A DNA stretch of 64,000 nt from NCBI GenBank assembly GCA_000002435.2, contig CM018793.1, one strand, 5' to 3'. Of the stretch, positions 1 through 8,967 are shown in pieces; the first letter of the stretch is position 1, and each line of letters opens with the position of its first letter. Both the position numbers and the translations under genes were made by a program. This DNA comes from Giardia intestinalis. Taxonomy: Eukaryota. The notes under the pieces are model-generated. The model saw only the letters and a list, made by a program, of their open reading frames with translations. It was not told where the DNA came from and made no database searches.

Positions 1-1290
1 TGAGGCTCCTCCATGTTGCTGGTCAGCCCGACCTCCAGGGAGCAGCTCCAAAAGAGACTACACGACGAACGAGGACCAGCAAGAGGCCAGAAGGAGCAGT
101 CGCTCGACAAATGAGGAAGAGCTAGAGATGCAACAACATGCAGGCGGCAGAGAAGAAGCAGGCACACCTAGCTCCGGTCACTTTTCCACTTATTGGACGC
201 TGAGGGATGCACTCAGTAAGGACAGCCTGTACCAGCAACGCCTCAGCTCCAGCCTGAGCACTCCCTCCCAGGCTTCTTGTACACTGCTGGAGAGAGCGTC
301 CACTTGGGCCTGCTAGGAGCAGACCCGCTCGATGAGGCCCTGGGACCTTCTCGTACTCTTCGCTGCCATCGGTGTATCCAGGTAGCGTACCGGTACTTCG
401 TGGCACTAGCGGGGAATGCTCTTCCTATCTACGCCTAGTTCCTGGAATCCCGTGCCGGTGAAGGACGCTTTGAGCACAAGCTCACACGGAGCTTAGGGCG
501 TCTGTGTTTCCGCCCAGCAGGTAGCACAGCACCAGGCGAGCAGTCGTCATGTCGCGCTGGATGCCAGCTTCTTTAATCAAGGAGCCATTCGACGCGAAGC
601 TCTTCCGGATACACAGCTTCTTGGATGGGTTGGCTCAGCAGGCCTGCTTATTGGGGTTTGCTGGGCACGGCTAGTGGTCAGCCGGCTCCTGGGTAAGGGA
701 GTTCATCCATTTCTCGGCGGTGGGCAGTGCATCCCTTCCGGCGCACCTGCTCGTGCCAGAAGGTGTGCACAGGATGATCAGAGATGCAACTGTGCTATGG
801 TGGCCGCATCCAGGGTGCAGATATAGAGGCAATAGTATACCTGTCAAGACAGCAAACGACTGCCCTGTAGCTCCTCGGCGTGTTGGCGCATGTAGGCAGA
901 GGGCTAACCAAGATGGATCTGGTGGCCGACCAACTGCACGTTAGTGTTAGCTCACAGCCCAGAGGGCGTTCGGCCGCCCGTTGTTAGACAGGAATATCTA
1001 GTGGATCGTCGACCCAGAACTGCGATGGTCGAGTCGTCTGAGCACACAGGAAACCCTGCCTCCACCTGCTGTGTATGGCCCCTGCAACGATGCACAGGCC
1101 ACGGATTGCGCGACATCCAGGCCGTCACAGCTTGCGTCTGGTGGGCCCTGCGTTATGAAGTGGCCGAGCATGCTACACGCTCTAGGAATGACTGTCTCGC
1201 CACTGACCAGGACTTCAACTATTAGCCGTTTCTACCGACCACTCGTCGATGCCCCTCGACGACCACCAGGCAAGCCGGGCTCTCCAGTCT

Positions 1291-1881
1291 TCAGCCCTTA
1301 CTGGGGTATGTATCAGCGCACCCAGGCACGCCCCCGTAGCCCGCAGGGGGGAAGCATGGCACGCATGCGAAGGAAGTGGGCGGCCCGAGAAGATCCTGGC
1401 CCGTCTGGAGCGAGAGGGTGCCGGGCCCAGGAAGAACCCCATGCTCCTCCAGGGCGGCGCGGACGTCCTGGGTGCGGAGCGCGTTGTTGTACGTCATCCG
1501 CAGCTCCTGGCGCGGATACTTCGCCCCGAAGCGCTCGTGGACCCTGCGGTAGAAGTCCGGGCCCAGGATGCTCCGGTCCCTGACCCCGGCGATGATCATC
1601 GCCTTGATGGCCCTGCGGTCCTCGCCGGTCATCTTCACGTTGAGGATGCTCCGCGAGTGCGTCTCGCGGTACCAGTGGTAGATCCTGCTCCGGTCCTCGG
1701 ACAGGGCGCGGGCGATCTTCTTCCAGTCGATGGCCGTCCGGAGCACGTGCCGGTGGAGGAGCAGCGGCCGCCGCGCGAGGCTCTCGGCCGTCTCCCCCAG
1801 CCGCCGGGCAGCGACGACCTGCTTCGCGAGCTCGAGCAGAACGGAGGCGCGCGTCTCCGCCGTCATTGCCCCAGAGCCCAT
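1291..1881 (-). CDS. Hypothetical protein (196 aa), very GC-rich; weak Myb/SANT- or HTH-like pattern (IDWKKIARAL...IYHWYRETH)
   Basis: ATG at 1879-1881 (alternative ATG at 1866), preceded by a short AT-rich stretch. The protein-like composition is on the minus strand, while the overlapping plus-strand ORF 1249..1929 is a low-complexity P/R/A-rich artefact of high GC. No family match can be confirmed by eye. Confidence 0.35.
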   Translation of the reverse strand: MGSGAMTAETRASVLLELAKQVVAARRLGETAESLARRPLLLHRHVLRTAIDWKKIARALSEDRSRIYHWYRETHSRSILNVKMTGEDRRAIKAMIIAGVRDRSILGPDFYRRVHERFGAKYPRQELRMTYNNALRTQDVRAALEEHGVLPGPGTLSLQTGQDLLGPPTSFACVPCFPPAGYGGVPGCADTYPSKG

Positions 1882-4800
1882 CCAATAGAAGCGGCGATAA
1901 AACTAAAAACAGACCAACGAATAATGTGAAATTAAATATGTACAGGCCTTGCGCAAAAGTTTTAGCGGGTGTTTGTTGCCTGCCTGCCCCGGTCCGTCGG
2001 GCGAGCAGGGCGCCCTCATCCGGGCCATCGCCGCAGTACGAGTTGGCTTAGGTCGCCACACAGAACAGACTGCTTTGCACACGGCGGCGCCGGGGTTGAT
2101 GTATTGATCGGAGTTTTTTGGTATTGCCGGGGATCCCCGCCCTCGGCCGCCAGGGAGAGCCGCGCCCTGCGCAGCCCCGGTTTGTCTGCAGACACCCAGA
2201 GCTCTGCGGAGGCAGGCAGGCTGGGGCCGTCCCCCTCGTTCGGGACATCGCCGACGACGAGCTGCTGCCTGCGGCCCGCGGGGTCTTCCGCTCTGAGAGG
2301 GGTCGCCGAGTGTCGGGAGCCGCAGCGCTCTGCAAGGCCTGCACACGACCAGAGGCTGCCCAGTTTTTTGAGCAGCTGGCTCTGGCGCGGATTCTGCGGA
2401 CGCCTGCTGCCGGCCCAGTCTACAGGGGCGTCCGCGTGTCTACTGTGGCCTGGCGTGCGTGCCTGCGCGTCCTCCTGCGGTGGCTCCCCCCGTGGCGCAG
2501 GAAGCCCTGCCAGTCCTCTCCCATCGAGTTCTCCCGACGTGCTCTCTGTCGCTTCCAGTCGAGTTTCCAGCCGATAAAGAAGCGACATGACCAAATCAGT
2601 CGCCAGATTACAGTGTGATCTGCGGCCGCGAATCTTGCTGGCATCTTACGTGACAGTGGCTCTGGGTGTGCCCGTTCAACAGCAGCTGCCTTGAACATAG
2701 GTACTTAACGTGACCCGTATGCTAATATCTGCTCGCTCAATCTGTACAGAAGGATCTAACGGTATGCCGGCTAGAGCAGTAGGACTCGTCAGGCGAGCAC
2801 ACCGGAATTGCGTGGAGTACGCATCTCTAAAGGCTTGCATGCCTGGATCTGTGCTCGTCTTCTCACTGAGACCCCAGTACAGCGAAGGCGTTTAATATAA
2901 ACAGAAAGCCGTGGTGTCACTAGGGTCTATTCGGGCCACTCAGCTATATCGATCATTCCTACCGGTAAAGCCGGACTGCTTACTACTGAGCAGAAGGAAG
3001 CGGCTCCTATGACGGCCAAGCGTGGAATCGGTACGCTGTCAAGCCTCTCGATTCAGATGCAGAGTCTGCAATGTCCACGTGAGTAGCACGCCAAGTGGTT
3101 GCCGCTTGCTTGTTATAGACTATAGATCGGCACGTAGGCTCGCGGGCCGGCTGCATCTTACTCGGAAGTACAAGACGCTGCTCCTGTCTGGATCACAGAT
3201 GCGAATCGCCGGTCCCGATGCGCACGAGTGTTACAGAGTAACAAGGAGAGCACCCGTCTATGGCACACAGTCACAATTCGAGTGGCGTCCAGCCCTCCTG
3301 GAGAAAAGGCATGCCACGATCAACGGCATACTGCTTTGAACACCAGTAAGCACACCCGCTGTGTCTGCGAAGCCGAGGGCGGCCGTATCGCCGGCTGCTA
3401 CTTGTCACTCGGACGCACATGTGTGACGAGACGTGCGGGCGCCCTTCACAAAGGCCTCTTGATGCGCAACACACGGCCCAGCCGCCTCTTCTCTGAGAGA
3501 CAGATGAACTTTGCTTGCAGTGGGCTGCGTTAGCGTAGACTTCTGAACACGTCCCTCTGTTGAGGATTCAGCGGCTACGCACTGGGGGCAGACACGCGTG
3601 TTCTGTGGCCAACACGGGACTTGGCTGAGCAAAGGAGGTAACGAGTCGGCGCTTCTGGCCCGATGCTCTGCGTGCCTGCGCCAGAGACCAGGCTGCCAAT
3701 GTGCCGGTTAAGGAGAAGATGCGATGATCCACCATCGAGGACTGCAGTACCCGCGGAGACGGGCAGGAGCGACTTTTTATGACCACGAGCCTGAGCCCTT
3801 TAAGGTCTGTGCCCGGCTCTTCGCATTACACAGCCCCTCCTCGTGTGTACCCTCAGAGAGCGCGAACATCCTCTTCGACAAGCACTTCTGTGGACACCAC
3901 AGCAGGAATGCATAGTTCTGCGTTGATCATGCCTTAGCCCTATTGGGGTTGGTGACAAAACTACGACTTCCCTGTCACGAGGCATTACGCTCTGTACAGA
4001 AGAATGCCAGCAAGTCATGCAATGCCTGTGGATCCGTCCTTCGACCTTCTCCTGACAGACATGTGTCTTTTGGCATGCAGCCCTGCATTGCACGACGGTT
4101 CGCCCTCCAAGTGATGGTCTAGAGGACTCAACGCAGTGGCTCCCAAGATATGTGTCCTGAACAGAAGACTATACGATCATATACCTCTAACCACATGAGG
4201 CCACAGCCCACTCTGCTTCTCTATGATGCGCTTAGAACTGTCTCTACGGCTCTCTGTGCTCCATACTATGCGTCTGCTTGTCTTCCACACGCCTATCCCG
4301 GAGTCTGAATTAGGCAAGGCGCACTATATTTGGGGTCACTGCCAACTGCGTTGGCTATTCAGCAAGATATGACTAAAGGCAGCGTCCAGCACGACCGAAC
4401 ATGCTTGAAAGTTACACAGGAGAATGAGTACAGTGCGGGAATGTCCCTCGGTCTACTGGTAAAATGCCGTCGGCTGCTGATACAGGCTCTTGTCTTTGTG
4501 CGGTGACATGCAATCACGTGGTACGCATAGCATCGCTATCTGCATGACGCGAGGCCAGCCAAGTTCTGCCCATCCTACCTCTTATCCTTGCGCGAAGATT
4601 CTGAAAACATAGGATGTCTGGACATGGTGTAGGGCTCTATCGGTAGACCTTCTTTTCTGCACTTCAAGACATGCAGAGGCGGGCGCAGTGTTCCCTAGAC
4701 AGAGGCCTCGGGTATGCACGCTGTTGAGCGACGACTGGAGTTCCTCTGGGGTATCTTACAAAGAGCGGCGCGCTGGCAGGGGCGTCGGTTCGGTGTTCTG

Positions 4801-5873
4801 AACAGTGATTAGGGAGCTCCGGCAAGTGAGCGCCTCTCGACTGGCTTGTGTGCCTGCAGCTACACGTGCATGGGCAGCGAGCGGTGCACAAGCCCACGAT
4901 GCTGCGGTTCTACGAATGCCTACTCCTGGTGAGTGCCGTCTGGGGACAAGGGGTGTGTACCGGTACAAACTATCCGGTGTCTCTCTGCACACCAGCCTCA
5001 TAACAATGCTCTACTGGGACTGACTCCGGAGCCAAGTAGGAGAAGAGGCCCTTCTGGGTCTTAATGGCCACGGGCCCCACTACACACCTGGCGGTGCCAC
5101 CCAGAGACCGGATAGCTTTAGAATATTATATAGAAGTTAGCAGACATGTGACTTCGTCTGGTTAGTACGCGCTCTGTGCCGATGCGACTAACGTACACTC
5201 ATCGAAGCATTACCTCGTTTACTCAGAAGTCTTACCGGATACCCAAGGGCTCTCGCTTCCTTCTAGCAGGAGATGAAGCGGCTGCAGAACAGACAGCAGG
5301 GCACCTAGGCCGTGTTGACAAACATGAAGCACAAAATAGCGAGAAGTCCCGTCATGGTAGCATTAGAAACTGCATTAGAGAGGGCGACAAGTATAAGCAC
5401 GATTATACTGGAAAGCACGGCACGCATAACAAGACGTGGATCTTGGCACACAAGAGCGTGGACTTCAAGACCGAACTAGTGAGGAGCTTCTGCAGAGTCC
5501 CGGGCCCCAACAGGTCCTCGAGTGACACAGTGGCTGCGATCACTGCCGACCCTTTTGACCAGCTGTGGGTCGGTCTCTCCGTCTGATGGTTCGTGATATG
5601 ATTTAGAGGGTCCAACTGGAAGATTCCGGACCCTCGAGGTTCAAACGACCCAGGAGGCAAACGACCTCCATAAATCGCGCCAGCCTAGTGTCCACCCCAA
5701 CCCCACCACTATCTATGCAGGTACTAGCAGTTAGCAACGTATAGCAGCTACATGAAGCTGGCGCTCAGATAGTAAACTGAAACCCAAGGATCTCCCCCCG
5801 GGAGAGGTGGCCCGCGTGCCAGGGGTTGCCTCGCACCTTGGCACAGTTGATACGAGCCCACCAGAGAAGTAAA

Positions 5874-6494
5874 ATGGACGTAGTTCCGCCGAGACTCACG
5901 TACTACGACGCCCGGGGCACCGCGTTGAAGTGCCGGCTCCTGCTCGCAGACCTGGAGATACGGTACGAGTGGGCGCCCTTGGCGAGCGCCGAGCAGGTGG
6001 CCGCGGCGAAGGTGGGTGCACCATCGTGCACGCTCCCCGTGTGGGAAGACAGCGCGGCGCGGGTGGCCGGGGGCATGGTCATCCTGGAGTACCTGGGGGC
6101 GAGCCTGGGGCGGTACAGCACGTCATTGCAGGTGCAGGCTGCTGCGCGGGCCCTGGTGCTCTTCTGTGAGGATCTCCTTGCCGCCGCCTGGAAGGAGCCC
6201 GAAGCCGTGGCAGAGGCCCTTGCCGCTGGGGCAGAGATGACGCGCTCGGAGTGCATCGCGGCCTACCGACAGAACAGGATCCTTCCGGGGCTGACCGTCC
6301 TGACCCGGGACGTGCTGAACCTTCGGAGCCTGGCGTTCGAGCCGCTCGACTCGGACTACGCGGTCCTGGAGGTCCTGTATTATGCGGACGCAGAGTGTCC
6401 GGAGCTCGTGGACCAGTTTCCGCCGCTGCGCGAGCTATTTGATGGCTACCGCGCGCGCCCGGGGATCACGAAGCTCCTCGCCTCGCTGGTCTAG
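5874..6494 (+). CDS. Glutathione S-transferase-like protein (sigma/alpha-class-like fold), 206 aa
   Basis: The track ORF starts at a TTG (5826); the first ATG is 5874, preceded by 'agaagtaaaATG'. The N-terminus 'RLTYYDARGTALKCRLLLADLEIRYEW...TLPVWEDSAARVAGGMVILEYL' matches the GST N-terminal thioredoxin-like domain (compare 'KLTYFNMRGRAEIIRYIFAYLDIQYED...IPILEVDGLTLHQSLAIARYL'). The C-terminus 'FPPLRELFDGYRARPGITKLLAS' resembles the GST C-terminal helix. GC3 is extremely high. Confidence 0.55.
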   Translation: MDVVPPRLTYYDARGTALKCRLLLADLEIRYEWAPLASAEQVAAAKVGAPSCTLPVWEDSAARVAGGMVILEYLGASLGRYSTSLQVQAAARALVLFCEDLLAAAWKEPEAVAEALAAGAEMTRSECIAAYRQNRILPGLTVLTRDVLNLRSLAFEPLDSDYAVLEVLYYADAECPELVDQFPPLRELFDGYRARPGITKLLASLV

Positions 6495-6709
6495 AGGCCG
6501 CGTGGCCGGCACGGGGTAGGGCCATTTTCAAAAAGCTCCAACGCGTTCCGCTCCAACCAGCAGCCGTGGCTACACCGCGCCGGGCTTTCGATGCTCCACG
6601 CAGAGCGAGCACTATGTATGTTTACTCGAGACGTCAGGAGACCCTGCTTCGTGGCCACTCATTCCTGGACTTCTGCGCAAGGCTGCTGAGCAGATGTAAT
6701 AGGAGATGC

Positions 6710-6726
6710 GTTTACTACCTAAGTCA
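6710..6726 (-). promoter_or_regulatory. VSP stop codon plus conserved extended polyadenylation signal (TGACTTAGGTAGTAAAC; AGTAAAC poly(A) motif)
   Basis: The reverse complement of 6710..6726 reads 'TGACTTAGGTAGTAAAC' immediately after the CRGKA codons. It is near-identical to the element after the second VSP (55037..55056). Confidence 0.7.
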
Positions 6727-8967
6727 CGCCTTGCCCCGGCACACGAACCACCAGCAGAGGAAGCCGACGAGGCCTCCGACGACGACGATGACTGCGACGG
6801 AGATGCCCGCGATGGCGCCTGTGCTGAGGCCGCTCTTGTTGACGCTTCCGCCGGTGTTATCGCCGTCTGTTTTGATATAGCAGGTGACAGGGCCACCAGC
6901 GTTACCAGCTGGAGGAGCGCAGCTTACGCAATTAGCGACACCAGTGATTTGGTTGTTATTTCCACTACTAGCTGTACATTTGAAGCATTTATCACCGGCA
7001 CCTTTGTAGTATCCAGGAAGGCATTCAGTGCAGGCATTAGAATCATTGCATTTTGCACAGCCTTCAGAGCACTCCGGACACTTCTCTTGTACAGGTGCCC
7101 GGTTATTTGCAGCACACATAGTACACTTTCCATTATTAGCTGTCGTGCAGACAGCCTTCCCGGGCAGCTTCGCCACACCATAGCACCCGCCCGACATGAG
7201 AGTATACTCTCCTGCACATTTGGTGCACTTCCCGCCTGCCGCCGTACATACGCTCGCGTCTCTCCCAGTTTTCACTGCTGTACAGATCCCGTCGATCGGG
7301 GCGTACCCGTCCTTGCACTGAGCACAGTACTTCGCGCCCCCCACGTTAGCCGTGCACTGCCCGTCTGCACAGTTGGTAATGAACGCACCAGTGCACTCCT
7401 TGACGCATGTTCCGGCTGTGCCAGATCCATACAGGAGAGAGTACCCGGGATAGCAGGCCGTGCAGGAAGCAGCGTCCGCATTGCCGTTGCATTCTGCACA
7501 CGTAGCATGGCAGGAAGCACAGACACTGACTCCGTTAATATTATCGGCATATGTCCCTGCAGGACACTGTTCTAAACATGCATTGCCCGAAGGAGTAAGC
7601 CGCTTGTCTGTACACTCAGAGCACACAACTGTCGATTCTGTTTCTCCAGAGAGCGTTTTGAGGGCACACTTTTTGCAGCCTGTGATGCCGTGTGTCGCGT
7701 CGCTGCATGAGAGGCACATCTTCTTTGAGCCAGTAGAGTCCGCGACCTCCTTGGTGAAGTGCGTCGTATCAGATGTACAGGCAGAGGCCGATACGCACAC
7801 CCCTGAGTGGGCATCAGTATCCGTCACCTTCAGATAGTTGTCTCCGCTGCAGCTAAGGCACTTATCGTCTTCACTCGTATTAGCACCGCTGACGCAATCC
7901 TTGCAACTGGAGTGGCACCCCGGCGTGGCGGCGGGGCATTTCCCGTTCTCTGGTGGTGCGCCGGTACTGCATCTAGCGCAGACATCACTCTGATCACATC
8001 GTTCACAGTTAGAGTCGGGGCAAGCGAAGCACTGCGTACCTGCAGTATTAGGCTTTTGTCCTGCATCGCACTTCTTGCACTCCTTGGCGTTCGGATCGGT
8101 GGTGTCGTCGGCGTAGTAGCCTCCGTCCCTCGTGCAGTCCTCCTTGCTGACGCACGTCCCTGTTTGGTCGCCCGGATTCGTCTTCTTCAGGTAGGGCGTG
8201 GCGCCGCCTGCCTCGCACTTCGTACAAGCCGTCGCTAAACCGCTAGAACACGCCGCGCACGTAGCATCGCACTTCTTGCACTCCTTGGCGTTCGGATCGG
8301 TGGTGTCGTCGGCGTAGTAGCCTCCGTCCCTCGTGCAGTCCTCCTTGCTGACGCACGTCCCTGTTTGGTCGCCCGGATTCGTCTTCTTCAGGTAGGGCGT
8401 GGCGCCGCCTGCCTCGCACTTCGTACAAGCCGTCGCTAAACCGCTAGAACACGCCGCGCACGTAGCATCGCACTTCTTGCACTCCTTGGCGTTCGGATCG
8501 GTGGTGTCGTCGGCGTAGTAGCCTCCGTCCCTCGTGCAGTCCTCCTTGCTGACGCACGTCCCTGTTTGGTCGCCCGGATTCGTCTTCTTCAGGTAGGGCG
8601 TGGCGCCGCCTGCCTCGCACTTCGTACAAGCCGTCGCTAAACCGCTAGAACACGCCGCGCACGTAGCATCGCACTTCTTGCACTCCTTGGCGTTCGGATC
8701 GGTGGTGTCGTCGGCGTAGTAGCCTCCGTCCCTCGTGCAGTCCTCCTTGCTGACGCACGTCCCTGTTTGGTCGCCCGGATTCGTCTTCTTCAGGTAGGGC
8801 GTGTTGCCGTTTGCGTCGCATTTGGTGCATCCTTGTCCAGTTGAGTCACATTCAGCACAACCATCGATCGATGGACTGCATGCATCAGCCAATGCAACTG
8901 CAAAAATCAAACCAATTCCTACCAACATTGAGGCCAGAAGCTGACACAGCACCGCTCTGGTTTGCAT
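6724..8967 (-). CDS. Variant-specific surface protein (VSP), ~747 aa, with internal 67-aa tandem repeats
   Basis: Many CXXC motifs. The C-terminus 'GGLVGFLCWWFVCRGKA' is followed by TGA and the conserved 'ACTTAGGTAGTAAAC' element. The track ORF extends to 9090 without a credible ATG context; the chosen ATG at 8965-8967 begins a signal peptide 'MQTRAVLCQLLASMLVGIGLIFAVALADA'. An alternative ATG lies at 8994. Confidence 0.88.
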   Translation of the reverse strand: MQTRAVLCQLLASMLVGIGLIFAVALADACSPSIDGCAECDSTGQGCTKCDANGNTPYLKKTNPGDQTGTCVSKEDCTRDGGYYADDTTDPNAKECKKCDATCAACSSGLATACTKCEAGGATPYLKKTNPGDQTGTCVSKEDCTRDGGYYADDTTDPNAKECKKCDATCAACSSGLATACTKCEAGGATPYLKKTNPGDQTGTCVSKEDCTRDGGYYADDTTDPNAKECKKCDATCAACSSGLATACTKCEAGGATPYLKKTNPGDQTGTCVSKEDCTRDGGYYADDTTDPNAKECKKCDAGQKPNTAGTQCFACPDSNCERCDQSDVCARCSTGAPPENGKCPAATPGCHSSCKDCVSGANTSEDDKCLSCSGDNYLKVTDTDAHSGVCVSASACTSDTTHFTKEVADSTGSKKMCLSCSDATHGITGCKKCALKTLSGETESTVVCSECTDKRLTPSGNACLEQCPAGTYADNINGVSVCASCHATCAECNGNADAASCTACYPGYSLLYGSGTAGTCVKECTGAFITNCADGQCTANVGGAKYCAQCKDGYAPIDGICTAVKTGRDASVCTAAGGKCTKCAGEYTLMSGGCYGVAKLPGKAVCTTANNGKCTMCAANNRAPVQEKCPECSEGCAKCNDSNACTECLPGYYKGAGDKCFKCTASSGNNNQITGVANCVSCAPPAGNAGGPVTCYIKTDGDNTGGSVNKSGLSTGAIAGISVAVIVVVGGLVGFLCWWFVCRGKA
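8060..8815 (-). repeat. 201-bp perfect tandem repeat (~3.75 copies) inside the VSP coding sequence
   Basis: Identical 61-aa antisense ORFs at 8243..8428, 8444..8629 and 8645..8830 are offset by exactly 201 nt. The protein carries 4 copies of 'PYLKKTNPGDQTGTCVSKEDCTRDGGYYADDTTDPNAKECKKCDATCAACSSGLATACTKCEAGGAT'. Confidence 0.85.

Noticed and set aside
1071-2618. Dense set of mutually overlapping ORFs on both strands (1071..1583, 1249..1929, 1313..1885, 1903..2346, 1969..2577, 2016..2594, 2118..2618)
   Set aside because: The high GC suppresses stop codons. The translations are P/R/A/G-rich low-complexity strings without protein-like motifs. Only the 1291..1881 minus-strand frame looks protein-like.
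5600-5660. tRNA-like 'GGTTCAAAC' T-loop-like string
   Set aside because: The flanking bases do not form a T-stem or an acceptor/anticodon cloverleaf on inspection, so no tRNA is called.
6706-7575. 289-aa plus-strand ORF and several shorter ORFs (6924..7217, 7136..7318, 7272..7550, 7460..7837, 7807..8238) overlapping the VSP
   Set aside because: They are antisense to, or out of frame with, the CXXC-rich VSP reading frame and have low-complexity composition. They are artefacts of the GC-rich repeat-bearing coding sequence.
8040-8850. Tandem direct repeats considered as a possible CRISPR-like array or satellite
   Set aside because: The units are 201 and 243 bp, in frame within the VSP ORFs, with no spacer/repeat alternation. 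The organism is eukaryotic. They are coding minisatellites.
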